Origin: Clostridia bacterium
Lineage (GTDB): Bacteria; Bacillota; Clostridia; Oscillospirales; CAG-272
NCBI GenBank assembly: GCA_017517745.1
Contig: JAFWYJ010000040.1
Coordinates: forward strand, 84,203-148,202
Length of the DNA: 64,000 bases
Direction: 5' to 3'
Under the pieces are notes generated by a model that was not told the origin of the DNA, ran no database searches, and saw only the letters and a list, made by a program, of their open reading frames with translations. Position numbers and translations under genes: made by a program. Positions 28,140-37,846 of the stretch are shown here, piece after piece (within the stretch, counting starts at the first letter, position 1; each line of letters starts with the position of its first letter).

Positions 28140-29450
28140 TTAGGATGATCCGATGATGGATTCCAATCCGTAATATTTGGCAACGTAAAAGTTTGGCCAG
28201 CGAGTTGCATCTTCGGAATCCAAATAGATCAATCTCCAAAGGGGATTGTACTTGGTCAACGGTGTCGGCTTTTTCAATTCCACGTGCGTTTCACCGTTTT
28301 CCAGGGCGGTTTCCACGATTGCCTCGTTTTCGGTTAGCACAACGTAGGTGTTGGCGGTATCGAGAATTCCGATCACAAGCCCCAACCCGAGTGCCAAGAC
28401 ACCCAGCTTGAAGCAAGTCTGCGTTTTCTTGCCGAAGGTGCGGTTTTTGACAGCACCGAATAAGAGGGCGGTGACAAACACCGTCAGGAAAATGCAGGGA
28501 GTGCCGCACCGCATGGGATAATTGGTGGCAAGCAACAAAATGAAATTGGAAACCAACGCTCCCGCCGCCAAGACGAGCACCGTGAGGAACAATCGTTTGT
28601 CGGCATTTTCTGCTTTTGCGCGTTTGAAAAGCGCGAAGGAGAGGAGAATCAACGGGAAAAGGCGTGCCAAAACGAAGAGCGCGATTCCGAAAATCTCAAG
28701 CAATTTCAGGAGTGAAAACGAGGAGATTTTATTGATTGATTCCGCCGGAGCGAATGCCATCATCGCAAGCCCCGCGCACGCTCCCAACAGAGAGGGAATG
28801 AACAAGAGGGCGCGTTTGTTTTTCAAATAAAAGAGATCGATCAGGAACACAACGCCCGCGATGAATAGAAAACCCACTGAAAGCGGTTCCAGATAACCGC
28901 CCAACAAAACCGAGACGGCAAGATGTGGGATCAAAAGAAGCAAGCGGAGGCTTTTTTGATACAACAGAGAATTGAGATAGGGGAGAAGGAACAGAAGACC
29001 GAAAAAGACCGCCCACAGATAGTTGCAAGCGCCGTCAAGCCAGAAATTGACCTGCCCGACCTCCAATTCAAACAACCAAATTGCGCCGAAGATTCCCATC
29101 AAGAAGAAGTTGTTGATCTCTTTTCCTTTGTTACAAAAAGCATAGACCATATAGATGGTTGCAACAAAAACAGCGGAATTGACCAGATCAAAAACGATAT
29201 CCGGCAACATCAAAAAGAGATGAGCGAAAAAATGAGAACAATATCTGCCGTTGACACCGTTTCCGTGTTCGATGAGCGAATCGATGATATCGGGGATCCC
29301 GCTCAGATGCTCGCCCGTGGCAAAGCTGAGCGAATACATAAAATCATCGGCGATCCGCACGGTCAGAATATTGTAAATCAGCGCAAACAGAAACAGTGCG
29401 CCAAGCGAGGCAAAATGCCATCTTTTTGAAGTCTTGTAGTTTTTAAACAT
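28140..29450 (-). CDS. Polytopic membrane protein (436 aa), possible GT-C-like glycosyltransferase
   Basis: Start at MFKNYK (29450), after GAGGT. Ten or more hydrophobic segments. ADDF motif in the first loop. Function not established. Confidence 0.65.
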   Translation of the reverse strand: MFKNYKTSKRWHFASLGALFLFALIYNILTVRIADDFMYSLSFATGEHLSGIPDIIDSLIEHGNGVNGRYCSHFFAHLFLMLPDIVFDLVNSAVFVATIYMVYAFCNKGKEINNFFLMGIFGAIWLFELEVGQVNFWLDGACNYLWAVFFGLLFLLPYLNSLLYQKSLRLLLLIPHLAVSVLLGGYLEPLSVGFLFIAGVVFLIDLFYLKNKRALLFIPSLLGACAGLAMMAFAPAESINKISSFSLLKLLEIFGIALFVLARLFPLILLSFALFKRAKAENADKRLFLTVLVLAAGALVSNFILLLATNYPMRCGTPCIFLTVFVTALLFGAVKNRTFGKKTQTCFKLGVLALGLGLVIGILDTANTYVVLTENEAIVETALENGETHVELKKPTPLTKYNPLWRLIYLDSEDATRWPNFYVAKYYGLESIIGSS

Positions 29451-29826
29451 GACGTACCTCTGAAAAAGGAGAATCCTTGCCGGCAAAGCGGAGAATTTCC
29501 TTGTGTACCGCGGCGCAATCGGCGTTCACTTCATCGAAGCCCACATTTGCATAGGGATTGACATTTTCCAATTTCGAATGAAAGGAAAGCTTGATCCAAT
29601 CTGCATTTTTCTGCCATTCAATGCGGTATTTGTCGGTCATTTCGGAAAGATCGAAGTCTTTGTCCTCATAGAACAGATTCAATTGCACCTTGACTCCAAG
29701 CTTTTCGTGAAGCCTTTGAAAGACCTGCAGATAGGGATGGTCGAAGAGGGTGTTTGCATCGGTTCGTGTCAATTCCTTCAAAAAGCGGACGTTATCGTCC
29801 ACAGTAAAGCAAAATCGTTTTTTCAT
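29443..29826 (-). CDS. Hypothetical 127-aa protein (FTVDDN... N-terminus reminiscent of polysaccharide deacetylase-like folds)
   Basis: ORF 29443..29883; start chosen at MKKRFCF (29826). 8-nt overlap with the downstream membrane protein gene. Confidence 0.5.
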   Translation of the reverse strand: MKKRFCFTVDDNVRFLKELTRTDANTLFDHPYLQVFQRLHEKLGVKVQLNLFYEDKDFDLSEMTDKYRIEWQKNADWIKLSFHSKLENVNPYANVGFDEVNADCAAVHKEILRFAGKDSPFSEVRHV

Positions 29827-29833
29827 CGTGACT

Positions 29834-30760
29834 TTACTCCAAAGAAAAGGTCTTGATCGCCTTGACGGCGATGCCGTTTTCATATTCTCTGACCTCTCCG
29901 AGCGCGAAAAACTCGCCCGATGCGTCCAAGATGCGCACGCGAGTGCCGACAGGCAGAGAAGTGCCGATCTTTTTGAGATAGATCTCGCATCCGCTGCGAC
30001 ACAGCTTCTCGTAAAACGCGGGCAGCGAGACGGAGGGGAGAGAAGCGAAGAGCTTCTCGGTGGGGATCAGGAGCGCGAGACGCTCCTCCTCACTCATCTC
30101 CTCAAGCTCTGCGAGCGTGTGAGAAATTTCAATGGGAAATCCGCCGGTCTCGGTGCGCTCAAGCGATGCCATCACGCCGCCGCATCCGAGAGATGCGCCA
30201 ATGTCCGCGCAGAGCGTGCGGATGTAAGTCCCCCCCGAGCACTTCACGTCCAAAAGATAGTCGGAGGCTTGCTCGGTCGGGGCTGCGGTCAGCTCGAAAA
30301 TTTCAATTTCCCGCGCTTGTCGTTCCACAACTTGTCCCTGCCTTGCCAGATCGACCAGCTTCTTGCCGCCCACCTTCAAGGCACTATACATCGGCGGGAT
30401 TTGTTGGATTTTACCGCGAAACTGCAGCAAAATTGCCTCGAATTCGGAAGGTGTCGGGAGATTTTCGGAGGTGGTCAGCACCGTCCCCGTGGTGTCCTCG
30501 GTGTCGGTGGTGATACCGAGCCGCAGACAGGCGCGATAGCGCTTGGAGTCGGTGGCGAGATATTCGGATGCCTTTGCGGCTCTGCCGACCAGAACCACCA
30601 GCACACCGGTTGCCATGGGGTCAAGCGTTCCCGTGTGTCCCACGCGGCGTGTGCCATACAGGCGGCGAATGCGGTTGACCACGTCGTGCGAGGTCACACC
30701 CGCATGCTTGTGAACGATCAGAACGCCGCTCGGTTCTTGTTGAGTGATATCGTTTTTCAT
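29834..30760 (-). CDS. truB: tRNA pseudouridine(55) synthase
   Basis: GVLIVHKHAGVTSHDVV...VGHTGTLDPMATGVLVV catalytic Asp motif. Confidence 0.9.
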   Translation of the reverse strand: MKNDITQQEPSGVLIVHKHAGVTSHDVVNRIRRLYGTRRVGHTGTLDPMATGVLVVLVGRAAKASEYLATDSKRYRACLRLGITTDTEDTTGTVLTTSENLPTPSEFEAILLQFRGKIQQIPPMYSALKVGGKKLVDLARQGQVVERQAREIEIFELTAAPTEQASDYLLDVKCSGGTYIRTLCADIGASLGCGGVMASLERTETGGFPIEISHTLAELEEMSEEERLALLIPTEKLFASLPSVSLPAFYEKLCRSGCEIYLKKIGTSLPVGTRVRILDASGEFFALGEVREYENGIAVKAIKTFSLE

Positions 30761-31335
30761 TCCAGAATCAAGTCCTTTAACGCTCTTTTTTGTACGTAGT
30801 GAATGCCGTTTTCACGGTAGTAGGTCACCGAACCGTCTTCGGCGGCATCGGTGAGAGCGACCTGCTCGTCGGGCTTTCCCAAGGCCAGAACCAGCTGAGG
30901 GATCAGGTTGTCCGAAAGCGCGAGATCGCGCGAAAGGATCTCGGGGGAGAACGAGCCGATCATGCAGCCGCCAAAGCCGGCTTCCGCCGCGGCGAGCATG
31001 ATGGACTGCGCGCAAATGCCGACGTCTTTGAGGAATTTGTCGGCGGTTTCGATGACGCTTGTGTCGGCGCAGATGACGATATACGCCACGGGAGCGTGTC
31101 CCTTCGGCGGGAGTTTGAGATCCTTGAGCTTTCCCGCCCAACGGGTGTTTGCGAGCATGGCGGCACATTCCTCGGGACGATGTACCAATCGGAATTTCAG
31201 CATTTGCAGATTGATGGAGGAGGGCGAAAGACGCGCGTGATCGACCCAATTCGCGAGCTGCTCGCGCGAGATCTTCGCGCTTTCGTCAAAGCTTCGATAG
31301 CTTCTGGATGCGATGATGAGATCCTTTAACGTCAT
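30757..31335 (-). CDS. Nitroreductase family protein
   Basis: SRSYRSFDE...LSPSS.NLQ pattern. 192 aa. Overlaps the truB start. Confidence 0.8.
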   Translation of the reverse strand: MTLKDLIIASRSYRSFDESAKISREQLANWVDHARLSPSSINLQMLKFRLVHRPEECAAMLANTRWAGKLKDLKLPPKGHAPVAYIVICADTSVIETADKFLKDVGICAQSIMLAAAEAGFGGCMIGSFSPEILSRDLALSDNLIPQLVLALGKPDEQVALTDAAEDGSVTYYRENGIHYVQKRALKDLILE

Positions 31336-31345
31336 GACGCCTCCT

Positions 31346-31993
31346 TCAAAACTTCACCCACGCGGAGAAGATGACTTGTCCCTTGGATGAGAAATTGCGC
31401 TCGTATTCGGTCATGACGTTGTCCGCCGCCTTTTCGGAGGCGTGCAGATCACGGCTCTGCCAAACGATCTCCAATCCGCAGACGGCGAATTGCTCGAGGC
31501 TGAAATCAAAGAGACCCTCGTTGTCGGTCTTGAGATAGAGCATACCGCCCTCGCGGAGCACCGAGCGGTAAAGCTCGAGAAAGCCCTCGTGCGTCAGTCT
31601 GCGCTTGGCGTAGCCCTTTTTCGGCCACGGGTCGCTGAAATTCAGATAGATCGCGTCTACGCTGTGCGGCAAAAACCATTCGCTCAGATTGCGCGCGTCT
31701 CCGATGAGAAAACGCAGGTTGTCGGGACGCTCGTCCTTGTGATTCATTGCCTTTTCAAGTGCCAGGCAAGCAACGTCGGGGACGCGCTCCATAGCGATCC
31801 AGTTGGATTCGGGATGTTTTGACGACATTCCCACGGCAAAGTCTCCTTTGCCGCAGCCGATCTCCAGACAGATCGGCTTTTCGGTTTGAAAATAGACCTG
31901 TGGAGAGACTGCGGGGACGCTCGGATTTTCAATCAAAATTTCGGAGCAGGCGGCGATTCTCTCGGCGCCGTGCTTTTTTCTTCTCATTCTCAT
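31346..31993 (-). CDS. trmB: tRNA (guanine46-N7)-methyltransferase
   Basis: LEIGCGKGDF SAM motif, NFSDPWPKK.H.KRRL motif. Confidence 0.9.
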   Translation of the reverse strand: MRMRRKKHGAERIAACSEILIENPSVPAVSPQVYFQTEKPICLEIGCGKGDFAVGMSSKHPESNWIAMERVPDVACLALEKAMNHKDERPDNLRFLIGDARNLSEWFLPHSVDAIYLNFSDPWPKKGYAKRRLTHEGFLELYRSVLREGGMLYLKTDNEGLFDFSLEQFAVCGLEIVWQSRDLHASEKAADNVMTEYERNFSSKGQVIFSAWVKF

Positions 31994-32028
31994 AAGGGGT
32001 GGTTCCTTTCTCGAATATTCTGCCTTTC

Positions 32029-32057
32029 ATTATAGCAGAACCCTGCCGAAATTGCAA
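32029..32057 (-). promoter_or_regulatory. Sigma-A type promoter for trmB
   Basis: Minus strand: TTGCAA (32057-32052), 17-nt spacer, TATAAT (32034-32029). Confidence 0.6.
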
Positions 32058-32104
32058 TGTGTTTCGGCAAAATATTAAGGAAAAAACCGAAAATAAAACC
32101 AATT

Positions 32105-32788
32105 TCACGACTCAAGCGCTGCTTTGAGCTTTTCGAGCGCGCCCTTTTCGATGCGCGAGACGTAGGATCTGGAAATGTTGAGTGTGGCGGCAATTTCGCG
32201 CTGGGTTTGCGGACGGATCCCGCCAATGCCGTATCGCATCATCACGATCTGCCGCTCACGGGGCAAGAGATGAGATTCGATCGCATGCAGCATTTTCTCG
32301 GTGACGATCTTGCGGTCGATCTCCTCGGAAATGTCCTCGTCACTGCAGATGACGTCGATGTAGGTCAGGGGATTGCCGTCGCGGTCGACGTCGATGGTAT
32401 CGTTGATCGAGACCTCGGAGGAGAGCTTCTTTTGTGATCGAAAATACATGAGGATTTCGTTTTGGATGCATTTCGCACCGTAGGTCGCAAATTTTGCACC
32501 GTTGCGGATGCTGAAGCTGTCGACCGCCTTGACGAGCCCGATGGTGCCGATTGACACAAGATCCTCGGGATTCCTTGCCGTGGAATAGTATTTCCTGACG
32601 ATGTGAGAGACCAATCGAAGATTGTGCAGGATCAGTTTTTGTCGCGCCTCCTCGTCACCTTGCTCGGCGCGCAAAAAGCATTCGTTTTCCTCCTCGGCGG
32701 GGAGGGGCGGCGGGAAATTCTGCGGTGTACCCACACCGAGAATCAGATGAAGAACGCGGGTGAAGAGCGCAAATAACGTGAGAAGCAT
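32105..32788 (-). CDS. sigK: Sporulation sigma factor, pro-SigK type (uninterrupted)
   Basis: Start at MLLTLFALF (32788), after GGAGGT. Hydrophobic pro-sequence then FPPPL. ILHNLRLVSHIV, SIGTIGLVKAV, ISRSYVSRIEKGAL resemble SigK more than SigE. Confidence 0.75.
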   Translation of the reverse strand: MLLTLFALFTRVLHLILGVGTPQNFPPPLPAEEENECFLRAEQGDEEARQKLILHNLRLVSHIVRKYYSTARNPEDLVSIGTIGLVKAVDSFSIRNGAKFATYGAKCIQNEILMYFRSQKKLSSEVSINDTIDVDRDGNPLTYIDVICSDEDISEEIDRKIVTEKMLHAIESHLLPRERQIVMMRYGIGGIRPQTQREIAATLNISRSYVSRIEKGALEKLKAALES

Positions 32789-32949
32789 TTCGGTTACCTC
32801 CGTGGCGGCACTTGCCGTCAGGTTTAATATATGACACGCCGCTCTCTTTTTTGCTTGTACGCTTTTTTTTGACACATTGCATTGACAGAAATCCGGAAGT
32901 GTGTTATAATAAACGAAGAATGATTCAAAACAGCCGAAAGGAAGAGACT

Positions 32950-34188
32950 ATGGAAAAGCTTTACGGAGATGCAGTCGTAGGACAAAGCGGAGGCCCGACC
33001 GCTGCGATCAATGCCACGCTGGCGGGAGTGATCCGCGGTGTGAAGGAAAACGTACACGGTGGGTGCATCGGAACGCTGTACGGCATGAGAAACGGAGTGG
33101 AGGGGCTTTTGGAGGAGCGTCTGATCGACCTGACCGCCTATTTTGAAGATGAAAGCAAGCTCGAACTTTTGGAGCATACGCCCGCAGCCGCGCTGGGTTC
33201 TTGTCGCAAAAAGTTGCCCAAAATGGGGGAGAATGACGCGTTCTATGAGCAGATGATGGCGGTGTTTCGCAAGTATGACATTCGATATTTCTTCTACATC
33301 GGCGGAAACGATTCGATGGATACTGTGGCGAAGCTTTCGGAATATACCAAAAATCAGGGCTATGAAATGGTGATCCTCGGTGTTCCCAAGACCATCGACA
33401 ACGATCTCGTCGGCACCGATCACACGCCCGGCTTCGGTTCGGCGGCGAAATATATCGCGGTCACCACGCAGGAGATCATCCGCGATTGCGCGGTCTACCG
33501 CATTCCCGCAGTGACCATTGTCGAGATCATGGGACGCGACGCGGGATGGCTGACCGCCGCATCCGCCATTGGACGCGTTGTCAACGGCGTGGAGCCCGAT
33601 CTTGTCTATCTGCCAGAGCGTACCTTTGATATGCAACGCTTTTTTGCGGACGTTCGCGCAGCACTTGCCAAGCATCCCAACGTGGTGATCGCGGTCTCCG
33701 AGGGCATTCGCTTCGCCGACGGACACTACGTGGGCGAGGGTACGCAAACCGGTGCGAAGGACGCCTTCGGTCACGCTTATCTCGCGGGTACGGGCAAGGC
33801 ACTCGAGCTGGCGGTCAAGGCGGAGATCGGATGCAAGGTGCGCTCGATCGAATTGAACCTGCCTCAGCGTTGCGCGGCACACGTGGCGTCTCGGACCGAC
33901 CTGTCGGAATCGGTGAAGATCGGTCGCGCCGCAGTCAAGGCGGCGGGTGAGGGAATTTCGCGCCGGATGATGACGGCGGTCCGCACCTCGAATGCGCCCT
34001 ACGTCATGGAGGTCGGTCATTCCGACGTCTCGGTGATCGCAAACAAGATCCGCTACGTGGACGATGAATTCATCAACGCCGACGGCAATCATGTCACCGA
34101 CGCCTGCTGCCGTTATCTGTTGCCTTTGATCCAAGGAGAAGCACCCTGCCGTTATGAGAACGGTCTGCCCGTGCATCTGGTGCTTTGA
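32950..34188 (+). CDS. pfp: 6-phosphofructokinase, probably pyrophosphate-dependent
   Basis: Start at MEKLYG (32950). GQSGGPTAAINA, IGGNDS (Asp at the position that is Gly in ATP-PFKs), PKTIDNDL (Lys in place of Gly). Confidence 0.75.
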   Translation: MEKLYGDAVVGQSGGPTAAINATLAGVIRGVKENVHGGCIGTLYGMRNGVEGLLEERLIDLTAYFEDESKLELLEHTPAAALGSCRKKLPKMGENDAFYEQMMAVFRKYDIRYFFYIGGNDSMDTVAKLSEYTKNQGYEMVILGVPKTIDNDLVGTDHTPGFGSAAKYIAVTTQEIIRDCAVYRIPAVTIVEIMGRDAGWLTAASAIGRVVNGVEPDLVYLPERTFDMQRFFADVRAALAKHPNVVIAVSEGIRFADGHYVGEGTQTGAKDAFGHAYLAGTGKALELAVKAEIGCKVRSIELNLPQRCAAHVASRTDLSESVKIGRAAVKAAGEGISRRMMTAVRTSNAPYVMEVGHSDVSVIANKIRYVDDEFINADGNHVTDACCRYLLPLIQGEAPCRYENGLPVHLVL

Positions 34189-34224
34189 GGCACTGTCAAG
34201 ATTTGTAAAAAAAGGGGAATTTGC

Positions 34225-34983
34225 ATGAAGATTGCAGTCATTACGGGCGCGTCCTCGGGAATGGGACGTGAGTTTGTGATACAGCTTTGCCGAGAAAAGC
34301 AATTTGACGAGGTGTGGGTGATCGCACGCCGCACAGACCGTCTGGAGGCACTGCGGGACGAGGTCAACACGAAGATCAGACCGATCTCTCTCGATCTGAC
34401 GAAGGAGGAAAGTATCCTTGAATATCAACGCCTGCTGGAGGCGGAAAAACCGGTGGTGGACGTGCTGGTCAATGCCAGCGGTGTCGGTCGCTTCGGCCGC
34501 TTTGAGGAGATGGATACCGAAACGCTCTACCGCATGATCGACCTCAACACCAAGGCTTACGTCGGCATGACGCACGCCACGTTGCCGTATCTGCAAAAGG
34601 GAAGCGAGGTCTATCAGCTCGATTCGCTTTCTTCTTTCCAGCCCGTGCCGTATATCTGTGTGTACGGCGCGACCAAAGCCTTTGTGCTGAGCTTCAGCCG
34701 TGCGCTGAACGTCGAATTGAAGTCGAAAGGCATCCGCATGATGGCGGTTTGTCCCGGATGGGTCAAGACCGAATTTTTCGATCACGCCGTCAAGGACGAT
34801 ACGATCACCTACTACAACAAATTTTTCACGCCGGAGCAGGTCATCCGCCGCGCATTGCGCGATATGAAGCGCGGCAAAGACGTGTCTGTCTGCGGATTTT
34901 CGATCCGCGCTCAGGTGCTCCTGACCAAGCTTTTGCCGCATCGCCTCGTGATGAAGATCTGGTGTCGTCAACAGAAAAAATAG
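34225..34983 (+). CDS. SDR family oxidoreductase
   Basis: VITGASSGMG cofactor motif; YGATKAF catalytic YxxxK. Confidence 0.85.
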   Translation: MKIAVITGASSGMGREFVIQLCREKQFDEVWVIARRTDRLEALRDEVNTKIRPISLDLTKEESILEYQRLLEAEKPVVDVLVNASGVGRFGRFEEMDTETLYRMIDLNTKAYVGMTHATLPYLQKGSEVYQLDSLSSFQPVPYICVYGATKAFVLSFSRALNVELKSKGIRMMAVCPGWVKTEFFDHAVKDDTITYYNKFFTPEQVIRRALRDMKRGKDVSVCGFSIRAQVLLTKLLPHRLVMKIWCRQQKK

Positions 34984-35000
34984 AGAATATTTTCAATCAA

Positions 35001-35043
35001 AGCATGCAGGATGCCGTTTGATCGGTACTTGCATGCTTTTTTG
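35001..35043 (+). terminator. Intrinsic terminator
   Basis: AGCATGCAGG / CTTGCATGCT 10-bp stem, 17-nt loop, then TTTTTTG. Confidence 0.7.
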
Positions 35044-35100
35044 TTCTAAAAAGATGGCTGTCGCCGTAAACTTTAACGATTGGAAAAAGGAGGCGATGGA

Positions 35101-36201
35101 ATGAAACGGATCATGATCGTGATGGGGACGCGACCCGAGGCGGTCAAGCTTTGCCCGCTGGTCAGAGAATTGCGATCGCGCGGGAAACACGAGATTTTGG
35201 TGTTGTCAACCGGTCAGCACCGCGCCATGCTGGACAGCGCGCTCGAGGCGTTTTCGGTCAAGCCGGATTTTGATATGGACGTGATGCAGACGGGGCAGAC
35301 GTTGTCTGAGGTGACCGCAAAGATCGTCAGGAGAACCGACGAGCTTTTGGGGGCGGAGAAGCCCGATCTTGTTTTGGTTCAGGGGGACACGACCACGGCG
35401 TTCGCGGCGGGACTCGCGGCATTTCACAGACAGATCCCCGTCGGACACGTCGAGGCGGGGCTGAGGACCTATCAGATGCGCTCGCCGTTTCCGGAGGAGT
35501 TTCACCGTCAGGCGATCTCGCTGTTTGCAGACTATCATTTCTCACCCACGGTCACGGCAAAAAAGAATCTGATCCGCGAGGGAAAACAGGCGTCTCGGGT
35601 TTTTGTGACGGGAAACACCGTTGTGGATGCCCTGCGGATCACACTCACCGAGAAAAAGCCGCGTCTTCCGTGGAGCTTTCCCGAGGGGCATCGGGTGATT
35701 GTTTTTACCGCGCATCGCCGAGAGAGCTGGGGGGCGCCGATTCGCGGTATGCTCCGGGCTTTGCGAAGGATCGTGGAGACACATCCCAACGTGACTGCTG
35801 TTTTTCCCGTTCATCACAATCCGCAGGTTCGCGCCGCCGCAAGAGAGATCTTGACGGGGGTTCCGCGCGTGCGAATGATCGAACCGCCCGAGATCGTGAG
35901 CTTCCATCATCTGCTCGCGAGAGCCGATCTGATCCTGACCGACAGCGGAGGGATCCAGGAGGAGGCTTCCGCGCTCGGGGTCCCGACGCTGGTGATGCGC
36001 TATTCCTCGGAGCGTGTCGAGGGGTTGCGCACGGGAGTGCTGAAGCTGGTGGGTGGCAGTGAAGAGGGCATTTTCTCAACGGCGGATCGATTGCTCTCCG
36101 AAGGCTCGGAGGAATATCTCACCATGAAAAAGCCGTCTTCGATCTACGGAAAAGGGCGAGCCTCGGCAGCGATTGCCGACGTTCTTGACCGCGTGATCTG
36201 A
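35101..36201 (+). CDS. wecB: UDP-N-acetylglucosamine 2-epimerase (non-hydrolysing)
   Basis: MKRIMIVMGTRPEAVKLCPL...TGQHR.ML...VQGDTTT...DSGGIQEE motifs. Confidence 0.9.
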   Translation: MKRIMIVMGTRPEAVKLCPLVRELRSRGKHEILVLSTGQHRAMLDSALEAFSVKPDFDMDVMQTGQTLSEVTAKIVRRTDELLGAEKPDLVLVQGDTTTAFAAGLAAFHRQIPVGHVEAGLRTYQMRSPFPEEFHRQAISLFADYHFSPTVTAKKNLIREGKQASRVFVTGNTVVDALRITLTEKKPRLPWSFPEGHRVIVFTAHRRESWGAPIRGMLRALRRIVETHPNVTAVFPVHHNPQVRAAAREILTGVPRVRMIEPPEIVSFHHLLARADLILTDSGGIQEEASALGVPTLVMRYSSERVEGLRTGVLKLVGGSEEGIFSTADRLLSEGSEEYLTMKKPSSIYGKGRASAAIADVLDRVI

Positions 36202-36296
36202 AAAGACGCTCCCCAATGCATCAAAAAGCCGGTTTTTTAGCTGATTTCGGTTAAGAAATACGGCTTTTTGCGTTTTTTTGCAATGCTTGTCGGAAT

Positions 36297-36314
36297 TTGT
36301 GAAAAAATTCACAT
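36297..36314. promoter_or_regulatory. Rex-type operator-like palindrome upstream of the hydrogenase operon
   Basis: TTGTGAAAAAATTCACAT matches TTGTGAA-N4-TTCACAA at 17 of 18 positions. Lies 15 nt upstream of the -35 element. Confidence 0.6.
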
Positions 36315-36329
36315 TTTTTTGAAAAACTA

Positions 36330-36358
36330 TAGACTTTTAGAATAAAATATGTTATAAT
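36330..36358 (+). promoter_or_regulatory. Candidate sigma-A promoter (extended -10) of the hydrogenase operon
   Basis: TAGACT 36330-36335, 17-nt spacer, TGtTATAAT ending at 36358. Leaves a ~125-nt leader with several hairpins. Confidence 0.55.
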
Positions 36359-36490
36359 ATATCCGTCCGTATTTGAGAACGGCTTTTTTGGCATACCTGC
36401 GAGCCGAAGTCCCCGCAGCAGATTTCGGTATCCTTGCATGTGAAAACCGTTCCGATGGTTCATTATTAAATTCAGGAGGTTTTTTGAATT

Positions 36491-36985
36491 ATGAAAAAGA
36501 AATTGACTACGGTCGATTTTCACGGAACAAAAGAGCAAGAAGAAAAATTGCTCGCCGTAATTGAAAAACACGCCGGAGAAAAGGGCGCAATGATGCCCAT
36601 TCTTCAGGAGGCGCAGGAGATCTACGGTTACCTTCCTCTGGAGGTTCAGAAGATCATTGCTGCCAAGACCGGAGTTTCTCTGGAAGAGATCTTCGGAATC
36701 GTGTCTTTCTACGCACAGTTCAAGCTCAATCCCGACGGTCAGTATGCAATCGCAGTCTGCCTCGGAACCGCTTGCTACGTCAAGGGCTCGGGAGACATCA
36801 TTGAGGCGATCTCGCAGAAGCTGAACGTTCCGGTTGGAAGCACGTCTCCCGACGGAAAGTATTCGATCGAGGCAACGCGCTGCATCGGTGCCTGCGGTCT
36901 GGCGCCCGTTCTGACCGTTAACGGCGAGGTTTACGGAAGACTGACGGTTGATGACGTCGACTCCATTCTCGCGAAGTATAAATAA
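36491..36985 (+). CDS. hydC: NuoE-like [2Fe-2S] subunit of electron-bifurcating [FeFe]-hydrogenase
   Basis: 164 aa. CLGTACYVKG...CIGACGLAPV thioredoxin-like 2Fe-2S motif. Confidence 0.9.
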   Translation: MKKKLTTVDFHGTKEQEEKLLAVIEKHAGEKGAMMPILQEAQEIYGYLPLEVQKIIAAKTGVSLEEIFGIVSFYAQFKLNPDGQYAIAVCLGTACYVKGSGDIIEAISQKLNVPVGSTSPDGKYSIEATRCIGACGLAPVLTVNGEVYGRLTVDDVDSILAKYK

Positions 36986-37017
36986 TATAACGTTTTTTGA
37001 AAGGGCGGGAACATCCA

Positions 37018-37374
37018 ATGAAAATCGCACAAATTAAAGAATTGCTCGATGCAGAGATCGTCTGCGGCGAAGATATGCTCGAGCGTGAGGTCTATTCCGC
37101 GTGCGGAAGTGACATGATGAGCGACGTGCTGGCTTACGTCAAGGATCAGGCGGTTTTGCTTACCGGTCTGGTCAATACACAGGTGGTCCGCACTGCCGTC
37201 ATGATGGACATGGTGTGCATCGTGTTCGTTCGCTCCAAGGTTCCCACCGAGGAGATGGTCGAGCTGGCGCGCGAGAGCGGACTCGTGCTGATGAAGTCCC
37301 GCAAAAGAATGTATGAGGCTTGCGGCAAGCTGTATTCTCACGGCTTGAATGAGAACGGAAACTGCTATGGATGA
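37018..37374 (+). CDS. Small DRTGG-domain-like protein
   Basis: ORF 36997..37374; start at MKIAQIKELL. About 118 aa. LLTGLVNTQVVRTA segment. Assigned from recall of proteins found in hydrogenase clusters. Confidence 0.55.
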   Translation: MKIAQIKELLDAEIVCGEDMLEREVYSACGSDMMSDVLAYVKDQAVLLTGLVNTQVVRTAVMMDMVCIVFVRSKVPTEEMVELARESGLVLMKSRKRMYEACGKLYSHGLNENGNCYG

Positions 37375-37789
37375 GGCTGTAAAGTTTCATTTTGTGGTGG
37401 ACGGCAATGATTTCACGTCCGCCGGTCAGGCATCCGTGCAGATCAAGAAAAATCTGAGACAGCTCGGCATTGCTCCCGAGATCATCCGAAAGGTCTCGAT
37501 CGCCATGTATGAGGGAGAGATCAATATGGTCATCCATGCAGGCGGGGGAGAAGCCGACGTGCTGATCTACGAGAATCGCATCGAGATCATTCTGACCGAT
37601 AACGGCCCCGGAATTGCAAACATCGATCTTGCAATGCAGGAGGGCTTTTCCACGGCACCCGACAACATTCGTTCGCTCGGTTTTGGTGCGGGTATGGGGT
37701 TACCCAACATGAAGCGCTATACCGACGCGATGCAGATTGATTCGACTTTTGGAAAGGGTACTCGCATTTCGATGACGGTCAATCTTTGA
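37367..37789 (+). CDS. GHKL-type ATPase, RsbW/SpoIIAB-like Ser/Thr kinase (anti-sigma-factor-like)
   Basis: Start at MDEAVKF (37367), overlapping the upstream stop. N-box YEGEINMVIH, G1 DNGPGI, G2 GFGAGMGL. No HisKA domain. Confidence 0.75.
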   Translation: MDEAVKFHFVVDGNDFTSAGQASVQIKKNLRQLGIAPEIIRKVSIAMYEGEINMVIHAGGGEADVLIYENRIEIILTDNGPGIANIDLAMQEGFSTAPDNIRSLGFGAGMGLPNMKRYTDAMQIDSTFGKGTRISMTVNL

Positions 37790-37846
37790 CGGGATTCGTT
37801 CTTTCTCACCTATCACATCCGAAAAAAGAAAGGAGCTGCGGATTCT

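Noticed and set aside
32105-32788. Checked sigK for a skin-like intervening element or truncation
   Set aside because: The gene is a single uninterrupted 227-codon ORF with pro-sequence and regions 2-4, so there is no insertion.
32824-34971. 715-aa minus-strand ORF
   Set aside because: It is antisense to the phosphofructokinase and SDR genes, both of which have clear cofactor and catalytic motifs.
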